The notes below the pieces were generated by a model. It did not search any database, was not told the origin of the DNA, and saw only the letters and a program-made list of their open reading frames with translations. Source: Candidatus Magasanikiibacteriota bacterium (GTDB taxonomy: Bacteria > Patescibacteriota > Patescibacteriia > Magasanikbacterales > 2-02-FULL-50-9b). From it: DNA of 64,000 nucleotides. The DNA lies in assembly GCA_903893485.1 (NCBI GenBank), contig CAITMK010000003.1, positions 9,922 to 73,921 on the forward strand, in the 5' to 3' direction. The translations under genes and the position numbers were made by a program. Below, piece by piece: positions 10,051 to 20,089 of this stretch (position 1 is its first letter; every line of letters starts with the position of its first letter).

Positions 10051-13000
10051 CTAGACCGCTTGCATTTGCAATGTCACATCTTTTGCAAGCGCCGCGCTGC
10101 CTTCTGGAGCATTTATTATGATCGGCTCCGTTGTTAAATTCTGAAAACCTGCTTTTTCTACCATTATGTAATATTGATTTTTACCAACCAAGAATGAATA
10201 CCTACCTTGGTCATCAGTAATCTGTGTTTCCAAAAGTTTATTATATTGTGTATCAAACACGCGAACAATTGCTTGAGCTACTGGTTTGCCATCACTGCCA
10301 CGAACAACACCCCAATCATGCGGCTTTGGTGGAAGTGCGAGGCGGCGGAATACAAAGTAGCTCACCACTTGAGCTGCCAAAAATGCACCCACAAAAATTG
10401 TCGGAGAAACTGCAAATGAGACGGCGGTAAGAACAACGCCGCCTGCGCCAAGTATATTTACTAAACGATTTTTTGCTTTTGTACGCAAAATTTCTCGCGC
10501 AGGTTTTGCATCGCCACCAGGGGCTAATGGTAAGTTGTATGAAATTTGGCCAGCAGCGGCAAGTGGTACGGTGCCACCGGTATATAAATCGGTGAGCGCG
10601 CCATCTTCTGTTTTCCCTTGCATGTACGCAGGTGGAAATGAATAATTTGGTTTTGTTACCTCAAGACGATAATTCCCTGGACGCGCAAAAAACTGATACC
10701 GACCATCTCGATCTGTTACGTGTGATTGCACCACGCGACCTGAATCTGCATTTATAATGCGCACCAACGCTAAGTCTGCAGGCAATTTTGAAATTGCATT
10801 ATAAGCCATGCCCCACCCTTTGCGGCGTTTACGCGTGAGCAAAAATAATGGTTGGGTAAACAAAAAGCGGAAATACAAAGCGATCTGCCCAAAATTTAAC
10901 GCGGTCGAGACGCCTGCCACCACAACTGCAGCTGCAGCCGGAACTACAACCGCTTGGTTGGCGATTTGGACTTGTGGAGCCGCCACAATTTGTGCCGCCG
11001 CAACACGTATTTTACGAACAGATTTAACTACGCTCACTGACGCAGCAGTAACGGTTTCTGAAATTTTTTGAGCAGTAACTGTTTGTGCAACGTTTTCCGG
11101 AATAGTGACGGTGCTGGTGGTGCTCGTGGTGTTTGCGGGTTCCTGTACGACGAGCGGAACAGTTGTTGTCGTTATTATCTCAGTGGATGTTGCCATCGGC
11201 GCAATAACTCCCCCAGCAACTGGAGCAGGCGCTGCAATTGGTACCAAACCTGGTGTATCTTTTTTAACTGGTGGAGGTGGAACCGCTGGTAAATCTACGA
11301 TGATAGTGCGCTGAACACTGTCCAACAAATTGCTCGAAGCGTCTACCATGCGGTATTCAAATGCATAGGTATCGCTCACCGCTGCCAAAGAAATTGGAAC
11401 ACTCCATTTACCATTTGTGTCAACAATGCTCGTGAATGTGGCGCCGCCTTGCACAATCACAATGTGTGACTGTGGTTTACCATGGCCACTTGCCGTAAAA
11501 GAATTTTTGGTAATATGCACGTTGTCTTGCGGTGAATCAACCGAAAGCGGAATCAGTGGTTCTGCAGCCAAAATAGTAAAACTTGCCGTATCAGAACTCA
11601 TATTTCCCGCAATATCCGTTGCCGACGCAACTATCTGATACGATCCCACTGGTAAATCGTCTGGAACGGCATAGCTCCAACCCCCTTGTGGGCTCACTGG
11701 CAATGTCACATGAACTTTTTCTGCCCCACCTGAAGTTACTATCAAAACAAACAGTTCGTGCGGATCTGCAGTGCCAGAAATAGTTATGGTGCCAGTGGTC
11801 AGCTTTTCATTATTTTGTGGATTTGCAATAACAGGAGTTATCGGCGCGGTTGCATCCAAAATCACTTTTGCGACTACTACAGAACTTTCTATGCCTGTTC
11901 CCGAGCGAACCTTTAAATAGATTGATTTTTGGCCGTCGGGCGTTGGCAATGTCCAAACTTTAGTTGGTAACAAAGTCTCCCACACGCCTCCAACAAAATC
12001 TGATGAATTACTAAGCATCATTTGGGAGGCGGTATCGTCGTAACCAATTGCAAGTAATACACTTGTCGACGTTGTATAAGCGGGTGCGCTAATCGTTGGT
12101 GCTGTTACTGGCCGTTGCGGTGTACTTTCGGCAACTAGTGTAATATTTTGCACCGATACCGCGCTTTCGCCACCATCACTACCGCGAACTTTTGCATAAA
12201 TGTGTTTTAAACCAAGCGCTGAGTCCAATATAAATGAGGATGTTTGTGAATATGCCTGCCATACCGTATTTGTAAATGAATTATTTAAAGAAAACACCAT
12301 CTGAGAAGCACCGTTCGCCGCAATACCAAGTGTAACCGTGGTAGACGCGGTCGTAGTTGCGCCACCATTAATACCAAAACTGCTGATGATTGGAGTAACT
12401 ACTTGTGGTGGCCCACCGCCAGTACAAGTAGTGCATGGTGGTGTAATTATCACGGGCGCCGACGAAGACATGTATACCGTAAAAAGCTGGTTTTGAGAAA
12501 TCAAATCAGCGCTCGTGGATGAGGTATACAATCCATTAATTGGTGCAGCAGAAACCACGAATGGACCGCTTGAACCACCGTCGATAAGCAAAAAATCATC
12601 TGGTCGGTATTGCTGTGACATGAAGTAATCGGCGTTGGAAACATACCCGTCTCCATCAGTTACATAATCATGTGATGTAATGCCTCCACCAATATTACTG
12701 TCGTGAATTGTGACCGTAGCACCCGCTACCGGCGCTCCGTACATATCTAAAATTAAGGCTCGCGGTTTATACAACAACATGATAGATCCTGTATTTTTCA
12801 TGTATACCGACCCTCGTGTAATTGTAGGTCCAAACAAAAAATTATAGGTTTGACTTGGTCCTAAACTATCATCAGAGCAAAGATCATATTCCAAACTCGA
12901 GGTGGCAACAAAATTATATAAATTATTTTGCGCATATGCAGCTCCAGAAGCTCCTTCAAACAAAACGCCACAGGTGTTACCCGTTGAAGTGACATTGGTA

Positions 13001-15324
13001 AATGTATTATTCCCCGAATCAGTGATGTCCAAGCCGGCGCCAAAAAAGTTTTTAGTTACGTGATGAGTAATTTGCGGCATCCACAGCCCAAAGCCACTTG
13101 CATAACGAATACCTTGGGCTTGAAGCATGTCAAAATTATAAGTAAAGCTACCACCAGATACCGTAAAAGCATTGGAAACAAACTTATCAACGGTAATTGA
13201 ATATCCGCCGCCAATGTTTGAGCAATCCGTTTCAATCGCTGCTCCACTTGAGGCGATATTATTTGGAACCCACATGGTAAGACGTGCTGGAGAGGAAAAC
13301 CCGTGAATCACCACCGCCGCGACATTCCAATTGTTTGTTGCGTCACCAACGAGACTCGTAATATCAAGATCTCCACCACCCTCATCACTCGTCTTTACAT
13401 CGCAACTACCATTCGTCATGACAAGCGTCGATGATACGGTACCACCGACAACCGGCCCATCCGTATAATTGGATCCACCAAAAAAGATCGGGCTGCTATT
13501 TATTGAGTACGTAGAGGCTGGCTGTGTGCTCGAGGTAAATCCTGAAATATCTAAATCCGTAAATGTCGAACCTGTGACGCGTTGCAAACTCAGCCCGTTG
13601 GTACTTGAACCTGTACCTTGCGCCACTTTTACATCATTCATCGTCACGTTATTAGCATCAGTAATTTTAATTGCCGCTGGACTTTGCGAACAGCCATCAT
13701 CAAAGGCAAGGTGTGAAAATGTTAAATCATTCAACCCAACAAAGCGTGCAAAACATCCAATTTTTGAAACGGGGCCTCCGTTAATACCAGATCCAGCGCC
13801 GACAATGGTAAGTCCGCCATAAAAATATGAACTTGTTGCCACTTCTGACACCTCATATGCCCCCGGAGCGAGATGAATAGTATCGCCCCACTTAAGACCG
13901 CTGTCCGTAGCAAGGATTCCCAAAGTACTTGTTGCATCAACCGTATTATAATCAACTGTACCAGACGCATCGATATAAATATCAGTCCGATGAGAATTAT
14001 GATAAGCCCCAATACCACTCCCATCTCCGCCATCTAAATAGTAACTCCAAGGTGCCGGATACATATCATCTGCGGTTGACAGATTTTCTCTGCGGAAATG
14101 TGGATCTTCCGTAAGATCATGGGAGCTAACAGGAATTGAAGCGGTTCCGTTGTTTGATATTATGTGTGAAAAACCATGGGCGCCATTAAAACCTTCTCCA
14201 GCTGAAAATGTACCTTCACCAAGCTCAGCTTCAAACGCAATTGCGTTTATATTGGAATCTGTACCAAGAGGAACTGGCGTTAAATTATCAAACAGATTCG
14301 ATCGAAGCGTTGCGGTCGTTCCCGCGGTAGTATTAACAAAACGAACCAAACTCCCCGATGACAACGGCGCAACAACGGTATTATGTGTAAACTGATAATC
14401 ATTTGTCACCCCCGTACAATTCCACCCAAATTGTAAATGTTCGTATGGTGTCGCCACATCATAGGCAAAAGAAAAATAATTGTAACTCACGTTAAAAGTT
14501 CCGCCACAAAAACTCATTTGTGGATTATTAATTGATTGTGTTCCAGTAAACGTAACCGTATTTCGTTCAAAATCTAAATCGCCGTTATTGTAGCTCCACC
14601 AATTTCCATCAAAATTTGTAATCGTAAACGTATTATTTGTCATTGTCGCATTCGTTGGCGCCACTAGCCCTGAAGCACCAAATAACGTCGAAATAATTGA
14701 CGAAAAATTATTTGATCCCACTAACGAGTTTCCGTCAAGAAGTGGATTTACCGCACTAGCGCCTGAATTAGAGCTCAAACTTATCGATACTTTCCCGGTA
14801 TTATTTTGAAAAACAGGATTAACCATTTCAGCAAGTGAAACCGATGACCATGCCGCAGCGTCAAACGTATTTCCAGTTATGGCAATCCCCGTAACACCAG
14901 TGCCCAGTGTTTGTATATTTACGTGCCGCGCATTGCAATTAGTTATCGAATTACTTCCAATCAAATTGAAAGTCGTGGTTGCAGTTCCATCGGTCACCCC
15001 AAGATACGCGCCACTATTTTGACAATCAATTATTGTGCTTGTATATGATGGTGTAATCACGGCTGCTGGGTATGAGGGCTCACCTGTCGGATCATAGGTT
15101 GCTTGAACGGTTACAGTACCACCGCTAGAAAGCGTGGCATCAGTCACTGCGCTTGTAATATTGGTGTAATCACAACCACTCGCACATACCGTAATCACTG
15201 GCGTTGCATGTACTTTAAAAACTACAAAAAGTGCCCCGATTATCGCGACATACGAAAGAAAAATTGTGTACCAAACTTTTTCTTTTGAGTTCTCGGCTGT
15301 GCGCTGTAAAAAACCAAAATGCAT
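10051..15324 (-). CDS. giant cell-surface protein, paralog 3 (about 1757 aa from the ATG at 15324; the ORF track begins at a TTG at 15333)
   Basis: Same architecture as 4788..9992. C-terminal ~850 aa are about 90% identical to paralog 2 and the first ~110 aa are also conserved. The MHFGFLQ start aligns with MHFGLLQ and MHLGFF of the paralogs. Confidence 0.9.
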   Translation of the reverse strand: MHFGFLQRTAENSKEKVWYTIFLSYVAIIGALFVVFKVHATPVITVCASGCDYTNITSAVTDATLSSGGTVTVQATYDPTGEPSYPAAVITPSYTSTIIDCQNSGAYLGVTDGTATTTFNLIGSNSITNCNARHVNIQTLGTGVTGIAITGNTFDAAAWSSVSLAEMVNPVFQNNTGKVSISLSSNSGASAVNPLLDGNSLVGSNNFSSIISTLFGASGLVAPTNATMTNNTFTITNFDGNWWSYNNGDLDFERNTVTFTGTQSINNPQMSFCGGTFNVSYNYFSFAYDVATPYEHLQFGWNCTGVTNDYQFTHNTVVAPLSSGSLVRFVNTTAGTTATLRSNLFDNLTPVPLGTDSNINAIAFEAELGEGTFSAGEGFNGAHGFSHIISNNGTASIPVSSHDLTEDPHFRRENLSTADDMYPAPWSYYLDGGDGSGIGAYHNSHRTDIYIDASGTVDYNTVDATSTLGILATDSGLKWGDTIHLAPGAYEVSEVATSSYFYGGLTIVGAGSGINGGPVSKIGCFARFVGLNDLTFSHLAFDDGCSQSPAAIKITDANNVTMNDVKVAQGTGSSTNGLSLQRVTGSTFTDLDISGFTSSTQPASTYSINSSPIFFGGSNYTDGPVVGGTVSSTLVMTNGSCDVKTSDEGGGDLDITSLVGDATNNWNVAAVVIHGFSSPARLTMWVPNNIASSGAAIETDCSNIGGGYSITVDKFVSNAFTVSGGSFTYNFDMLQAQGIRYASGFGLWMPQITHHVTKNFFGAGLDITDSGNNTFTNVTSTGNTCGVLFEGASGAAYAQNNLYNFVATSSLEYDLCSDDSLGPSQTYNFLFGPTITRGSVYMKNTGSIMLLYKPRALILDMYGAPVAGATVTIHDSNIGGGITSHDYVTDGDGYVSNADYFMSQQYRPDDFLLIDGGSSGPFVVSAAPINGLYTSSTSADLISQNQLFTVYMSSSAPVIITPPCTTCTGGGPPQVVTPIISSFGINGGATTTASTTVTLGIAANGASQMVFSLNNSFTNTVWQAYSQTSSFILDSALGLKHIYAKVRGSDGGESAVSVQNITLVAESTPQRPVTAPTISAPAYTTSTSVLLAIGYDDTASQMMLSNSSDFVGGVWETLLPTKVWTLPTPDGQKSIYLKVRSGTGIESSVVVAKVILDATAPITPVIANPQNNEKLTTGTITISGTADPHELFVLIVTSGGAEKVHVTLPVSPQGGWSYAVPDDLPVGSYQIVASATDIAGNMSSDTASFTILAAEPLIPLSVDSPQDNVHITKNSFTASGHGKPQSHIVIVQGGATFTSIVDTNGKWSVPISLAAVSDTYAFEYRMVDASSNLLDSVQRTIIVDLPAVPPPPVKKDTPGLVPIAAPAPVAGGVIAPMATSTEIITTTTVPLVVQEPANTTSTTSTVTIPENVAQTVTAQKISETVTAASVSVVKSVRKIRVAAAQIVAAPQVQIANQAVVVPAAAAVVVAGVSTALNFGQIALYFRFLFTQPLFLLTRKRRKGWGMAYNAISKLPADLALVRIINADSGRVVQSHVTDRDGRYQFFARPGNYRLEVTKPNYSFPPAYMQGKTEDGALTDLYTGGTVPLAAAGQISYNLPLAPGGDAKPAREILRTKAKNRLVNILGAGGVVLTAVSFAVSPTIFVGAFLAAQVVSYFVFRRLALPPKPHDWGVVRGSDGKPVAQAIVRVFDTQYNKLLETQITDDQGRYSFLVGKNQYYIMVEKAGFQNLTTEPIIINAPEGSAALAKDVTLQMQAV

Positions 15325-15342
15325 ACGCGACAAAGCAATCTT

Positions 15343-15380
15343 ATTATAGCCTTTTTTCGATCTTTCTGCAGCGTGTGTAT
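15343..15380 (-). promoter_or_regulatory. candidate promoter of paralog 3 (-10 TATAAT)
   Basis: rc of attata at about 15343-15348, 18 nt upstream of the ATG at 15324. Confidence 0.4.
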
Positions 15381-15390
15381 AACCTTATTT

Positions 15391-15430
15391 AAAAAAAATC
15401 AGCGGCACGTTGGAAAACGTACCGCCTTTT
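15391..15430 (-). terminator. intrinsic terminator downstream of the PNP gene
   Basis: Hairpin cagcggcacgttggaaaacgtaccgcc flanked by A8 on + (T8 on the transcribed strand), directly after the PNP stop at 15455. Confidence 0.55.
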
Positions 15431-15454
15431 GACTCCGCGTAGCTGCAAAAGTTG

Positions 15455-16339
15455 CTACAGCTGCGTGATCACGCGATGCAAAACCTCGGTGAGCCGCGCA
15501 GCACCGAGCGGGCCCGCATCCATCACTTCTTCGTGGCTATTGCTTCCCGCCCCCGAGTAGTTGGTGATGAACGAGAGCGCGCTGACGCTCGGCCGCTGTT
15601 CAACGTCCGAAATGCCGAGCGCCATGTGCTGAATCGCCATCACTTCAGGCACCACGGACATGCCAACGACATGCGCACCAAGTTTGGCCAGCAATTCAGC
15701 CTCGGCAGCCGTTTCGTACTGCGGGCCGCGAGCAAACGCCAGCGTGAGTCCTTGGCGCGGCGCGATGAGCCAGGGAAAAAATTCGACGTCGCCGCTAATG
15801 CCGCTCGAAACGAAGTTGAACGCCTTGCCGTGATACGCGCCCTCCATGGACGTAAACCGCAACCGCGGACCAAGCCCCGACTCGTGCAGCCACCGCCCCA
15901 TGAGCGGATTGTCGTCCCGCTCCATGAAAAGCGAAATGTGGTTGCCGACAAGCACCACCTTGCCCGGCTCGTACAGGCGCGAAAGCGACCCGACCGCCGA
16001 AGTCAAGATGAAGTTCTTCACGCCGATCCGCACCAGCGCGCGCAGCGAAGCGACGATCGTATGAATGTTCACGCCTTCGTAGCAGTGCACGCGGCCGGAC
16101 AGAACGAGAACGCTTTTTTCGCCGACGTGGCCGAAATACGCAACGCCCTCGTGCCCTTCTGCTTTCGGCACCTCGAGTCGAAGTGACCGATAACTCGCGG
16201 TCGACGCGTTCTGGACCATGCCCGTCACGCCCGAAAGGCCTGACCCAAGCACAATCACCACGTCCGGCACGTTACCGCCCAAAAAGCGCCAGAAACCATC
16301 CGTCACATGCTGAACTCTTTCAAGACTAAACTTTGGCAT
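15455..16339 (-). CDS. purine nucleoside phosphorylase / MTA phosphorylase family (PNP-I)
   Basis: 294 aa with VIVLGSGLSG, GMSVVPEV, FITNYSGAG and HEEV motifs typical of trimeric PNP/MTAP. GC about 63%, well above neighbours. Confidence 0.8.
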   Translation of the reverse strand: MPKFSLERVQHVTDGFWRFLGGNVPDVVIVLGSGLSGVTGMVQNASTASYRSLRLEVPKAEGHEGVAYFGHVGEKSVLVLSGRVHCYEGVNIHTIVASLRALVRIGVKNFILTSAVGSLSRLYEPGKVVLVGNHISLFMERDDNPLMGRWLHESGLGPRLRFTSMEGAYHGKAFNFVSSGISGDVEFFPWLIAPRQGLTLAFARGPQYETAAEAELLAKLGAHVVGMSVVPEVMAIQHMALGISDVEQRPSVSALSFITNYSGAGSNSHEEVMDAGPLGAARLTEVLHRVITQL

Positions 16340-16433
16340 CCTACCCTCCAGATTGCTTTAAGCGAATCATTCCGCGCAATCAAAAACAGAGTACTCGCGC
16401 ACCCTGTTTTTGTCAATCCCTTTGATTTTAAAA

Positions 16434-16745
16434 TTATGCCAAAAGCGCTTTAAGCTGATCGATGGTTTGTACGCCCGATGCGGTTTTTACTGCCACGCCA
16501 CCCTTGAAAACGATGAGCGTTGGAATGCTCATGATGTTATATTTTGCTGCGGTGTCTGGATTTTCGTCCACGTTCATTTTGCCAATTTTAACTGGCTTGC
16601 CTTCCATTTCGTGGGCAAAATTTTCTACAACCGGACCCATCATGCGGCAAGGGCCACACCATGGTGCCCAAAAATCAACCAAAACAGGTTCTGCGCTCTG
16701 CAATACGTCTGCGTCAAATTTTGCATCAGTGAATTCGAGTTCCAT
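16434..16745 (-). CDS. trxA: thioredoxin
   Basis: 103 aa with a WCGPC active site and ~105 aa thioredoxin fold length. Confidence 0.9.
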   Translation of the reverse strand: MELEFTDAKFDADVLQSAEPVLVDFWAPWCGPCRMMGPVVENFAHEMEGKPVKIGKMNVDENPDTAAKYNIMSIPTLIVFKGGVAVKTASGVQTIDQLKALLA

Positions 16746-16765
16746 AGAAACTAAAATTAATTTTA

Positions 16766-18787
16766 TTATTTGTTAAACGTAACTTTGCGTTTGCGCTCTT
16801 CTTTCATGTACGCCTCAAGCACATCGCCTTCCACGAGTGGTTCTTTGCCTTCGTATTTGATACCACATTCGTGGCCCGCTGGAATTTCTTTAACTTGCGT
16901 TTTACCCATTTGAGTTGAAACGATTTTACCATCAGCGATATATTCACGGTTGCGATATACACGCACCAATGAACCGCTTGGCACTTTGCCCTGGTCAACG
17001 CGACCACCAACCACCTGAACTTTTTTGTCCGTGCGGAAAATCGCGAGCGCTTTGAAGGTACCGTATTCGGTAACAATAACTTCTGCAGGAATCATTTCGT
17101 TGAGACGAACTTCAACAAAGTTCAACAAGTCGTAAATGACCTTAAATAAGTGTACCTCGATTTTTTTGTTACGCGCAAGTTCTGCGGCACCCGGAATTGG
17201 TTGCACATGAAAACCGAACAAAAGTGCATGCTGAGATTCGGCGCGCGCAACTTCAGCTTCGGTGAAATTACCAAGGCCTTTGCCAACCACTTTAACACCA
17301 ACTTCTTCGGTCTGATATTTTTCCAATGATTGCATGATTGCCTCCAAAGAACCGAGCACATCAGCTTTAACAAAAACGTTAAGCCAAATTTTCTGTTTTG
17401 TTTCTTCGCCAGATTCAACGTCTTCGGCAGATTGCGTTGCACCAATGATCGGTGCCAAAATACCTGACGCACGAGATTTTTTAACTTTTTCCGCGGTTGC
17501 TGCTTTGGACACATCCAAAATATCACCAACTTCTGGCGCAAATTTGAAACCTAAAATTTTAACCGGCATTGATGGTTTTGCATCTTCAACGAATTCGCCC
17601 AAATGATTTTTCATGGCGCGAACTGAACCGTAGAGCTGGCCATTAACTGCAAGTTCGTCGCCACGATGAAGCGTGCCACCTTGCACCAAAATAGTTGCAA
17701 CAGGGCCTTCGCCTTTGTCCACGTGCGATTCGATAACCGTACCAATTGCAGGGCGATTTGGGTTGGCGCGGATTTTGTCTGCGTCAACATCGGCAACCAA
17801 TAATAAAGTTTCCAAAAGTTTGTCCACGCCCATGCCGGTCTTTGCAGAAATTGGCACGAGTGGCACATTACCGCTCCATTCTTCAATTTGAACACCGTTG
17901 TTCGCGAGTTCTGTTTTTACTTTTTCCAAATTGATACCTTCTTTATCCATTTTGTTGAGCGCAACTACCATTGGCAATTTTGCTGCATGAATAATTTTAA
18001 TTGCTTCAACGGTTTGAGGCATGACGCCGTCGTCCGCTGCAACCACAAGCACCGCAATATCTGCGATACGTGCACCACGAGAACGCATAACCGTGAACGC
18101 TTCGTGACCTGGCGTATCGATAAATGTAATGGGGCGATTATTTTTGATCACCTGGTACGCACCAATATGCTGCGTAATACCACCGGCTTCGGTTGCGATC
18201 ACGTTAGTGGTACGAATGGTGTCGAGCAATTTTGTTTTACCATGATCAACGTGACCCATGATAACAATAACTGGCGCGCGGGGCTCCAAAGATTCTTTGG
18301 TGTCAGCGTCGAGTGACGCTTGCATTTCAACAACTTGTGAAGTTGAAACTTCTGCTTCTGGTGCAGCCTCGCCTTCGGCGGTAACCGCAAAACCTAAGTC
18401 TTCAGCAATAACGGTTGCAGTATCGCGGTCGATACGTTCGTTAAGTGACGCCAAAATACCGTTCTTCATGAGCTCTGAAATAACAGCGGTCACTGGCAAC
18501 TGAAGTGCAGACGCAAAATCACGCACGGTAATGACTGCTGGCAAGGTAACCGACTTCCCTTCGGCCTTGCGAGCTTCTTTTTCGTCGATGCGCTTTTGGT
18601 CGATTGCACGACGCTGCTTTTCTTTCCAATCAGCGTACATGCGGCGCCAATCGCGAATAATGCTGTCTGCGATTTTATCGTCAACTTTAACCGCACGACG
18701 CCCAATATCGTACCCGTAGTTAGGGAGTACTTCGTAAAGTTCTTTGATTGATACACGCAGGCGGCGTGAAAGTTCGGAGACGTTCAT
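16766..18787 (-). CDS. infB: translation initiation factor IF-2
   Basis: GHVDHGKT G-domain motifs, DTPGHEAF, NKMDK and the C-terminal beta-barrel region. ATG (MNVSELSRRL) at 18787; the track's longer form starts at a TTG at 18811. Confidence 0.95.
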   Translation of the reverse strand: MNVSELSRRLRVSIKELYEVLPNYGYDIGRRAVKVDDKIADSIIRDWRRMYADWKEKQRRAIDQKRIDEKEARKAEGKSVTLPAVITVRDFASALQLPVTAVISELMKNGILASLNERIDRDTATVIAEDLGFAVTAEGEAAPEAEVSTSQVVEMQASLDADTKESLEPRAPVIVIMGHVDHGKTKLLDTIRTTNVIATEAGGITQHIGAYQVIKNNRPITFIDTPGHEAFTVMRSRGARIADIAVLVVAADDGVMPQTVEAIKIIHAAKLPMVVALNKMDKEGINLEKVKTELANNGVQIEEWSGNVPLVPISAKTGMGVDKLLETLLLVADVDADKIRANPNRPAIGTVIESHVDKGEGPVATILVQGGTLHRGDELAVNGQLYGSVRAMKNHLGEFVEDAKPSMPVKILGFKFAPEVGDILDVSKAATAEKVKKSRASGILAPIIGATQSAEDVESGEETKQKIWLNVFVKADVLGSLEAIMQSLEKYQTEEVGVKVVGKGLGNFTEAEVARAESQHALLFGFHVQPIPGAAELARNKKIEVHLFKVIYDLLNFVEVRLNEMIPAEVIVTEYGTFKALAIFRTDKKVQVVGGRVDQGKVPSGSLVRVYRNREYIADGKIVSTQMGKTQVKEIPAGHECGIKYEGKEPLVEGDVLEAYMKEERKRKVTFNK

Positions 18788-18814
18788 GGGAAGAGATTTA
18801 GAATAACGCAATTT

Positions 18815-18860
18815 TAGTAGAAAACTACTAAAAAGTCAAATGTGTGGGCGGCAGATTCCT
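18815..18860 (-). promoter_or_regulatory. candidate infB promoter (TTGACT-17-TAAAAT)
   Basis: The rc strand reads TTGACTttttagtagttttctacTAAAAT about 25 nt upstream of the start; coordinates approximate. Confidence 0.4.
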
Positions 18861-18879
18861 TTTTTGGAACCGTGTCGAT

Positions 18880-18935
18880 TTAAAATAAAAAATCGTTCGC
18901 CCGGCCCGGAAGTGAATGGGGCCGAACGAACGATT
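18880..18935 (-). terminator. intrinsic terminator after the 18947..19966 gene
   Basis: Inverted repeat aatcgttcg...cgaacgatt followed on the transcribed strand by a T-run. Confidence 0.45.
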
Positions 18936-18946
18936 GCAGGTTGCGC

Positions 18947-19966
18947 CTAGCGCTTGTGGCGCGGCGGACGCGGTTGGTTGTGCCGTCCAGCCGCCCTTTT
19001 CAAGGACTTGGCGCGACCCTCCAAGAAGACCACCTTTTCACGCAGCAGATCCAGGGTCGGCGCATCCCGCGGCAAGAACTCGTCGAATAGACTTTCGCGG
19101 TCCAGCTTGGACAGTTTCAATACCGCCACGGACAGTGTCCGGAGTAGCGTTTCGTGCGCGTCGCAGCGCAACTGGGCTAACTCTGGCGTATCAGCAGTCA
19201 TGGGCATTGCTTCAAGCCGTTTTACCAGGATGTTACATGACTCCACGCAGCTCCACATCGCGGTGAACGCGTCCCGCTTCTGGCCATCGAGCGCCAGCAG
19301 CAAATTCTGCTGGCGGCTGATGAGGTTGTCCACGATCAACGCGTTCGGATCACGAACCATCTTGGCCATGAAACGTGAGCCGATGAGCTGACCATGGCTT
19401 TCCATGTACCACTCGCCGAGTACGAACAGCTGACGAACAAAGTTCGTCGCGCTGGACACGCGATTGGCATTGTCGTTCACGCGATCTTTGATCCGCAGGT
19501 AGTAGCCGCCGTCTGGATGCAGCCACACGCTCATGCGCGTGTACTTGGAGACCAGTGGCGTCCGGCCAACAGCTGTCCACGGCTGCGCGCGATGAGGCTG
19601 CACAATCGTACCCCACCCCATGTTCACGACGAAAACGTACAGCGAATGATCATTCGTCTCATTCAGAAAATCCCAGAGCTTGTCGATCTGCTTCGCGCTG
19701 ATCTGGTAGCACTCCATGCCCTGCGCGCCCCACACCACCAGCAGGTGCTTGCAAAAGTTGCTTTCGCGGTAGTGCCCGTTCAGCACCCACATGCCAAGTG
19801 CGATGGCAAGAACGCCCCAAATGGTTGAATTAACCGTAGTTCCGCTGAACAACAGACAGAGGATAAGGACAATGCCAGCACCATACACGACTGGCCTCCG
19901 AAAACCGTTACCTTGAAAGTACTTATGATCCGCCGCCAGATATTTCTTTTCGATTTGTGGAAACAT
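18947..19966 (-). CDS. hypothetical membrane protein (N-terminal two-TM hairpin plus ~250-aa soluble domain)
   Basis: ATG at 19966 with GGTGAG 5 nt upstream; the track's 359-aa form starts at a TTG at 20026. Hydrophobic VVYGAGIVLILCLLF and IWGVLAIALGMWVL segments. About 58% GC. No recognisable family. Confidence 0.6.
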   Translation of the reverse strand: MFPQIEKKYLAADHKYFQGNGFRRPVVYGAGIVLILCLLFSGTTVNSTIWGVLAIALGMWVLNGHYRESNFCKHLLVVWGAQGMECYQISAKQIDKLWDFLNETNDHSLYVFVVNMGWGTIVQPHRAQPWTAVGRTPLVSKYTRMSVWLHPDGGYYLRIKDRVNDNANRVSSATNFVRQLFVLGEWYMESHGQLIGSRFMAKMVRDPNALIVDNLISRQQNLLLALDGQKRDAFTAMWSCVESCNILVKRLEAMPMTADTPELAQLRCDAHETLLRTLSVAVLKLSKLDRESLFDEFLPRDAPTLDLLREKVVFLEGRAKSLKRAAGRHNQPRPPRHKR

Positions 19967-20040
19967 GGAACTCACCGCCTCGCGAGCGCAAAATGCGCTT
20001 GCCACAGCCTGCCACAAAATGGGCAAACAGTCAATACGAC

Positions 20041-20068
20041 TTGACGCGCCACACCGCGGTGCTATATT
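20041..20068 (+). promoter_or_regulatory. candidate lemA promoter (TTGACG-16-TATATT)
   Basis: Hexamers with 16-nt spacing, 21 nt upstream of the ATG at 20090. Confidence 0.5.
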
Positions 20069-20089
20069 ACCTATACTTAACTTTATAAT

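Larger units (their letters stand above)
1..15333. repeat. head-to-tail tandem triplication (~5.3-kb units) of giant surface-protein genes with conserved intergenic promoters
   Basis: Three co-oriented paralogs separated by 56-58 bp spacers that share sequence. Stretches of >95% nt identity between copies 2 and 3 (e.g. ~5400-5640 vs ~10660-10900), weaker identity to copy 1. Confidence 0.9.

Noticed and set aside
1-15333. Diversity-generating retroelement acting on the variable region of the giant proteins
   Set aside because: No reverse transcriptase gene, template repeat or adenine-specific substitution pattern is visible in the window. The divergence looks like ordinary paralog divergence and gene conversion.
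15452-16186. 244-aa +-strand ORF opposite the PNP gene
   Set aside because: R/H/A-rich translation typical of the antisense of a GC-rich gene, whereas the minus-strand frame has PNP motifs.
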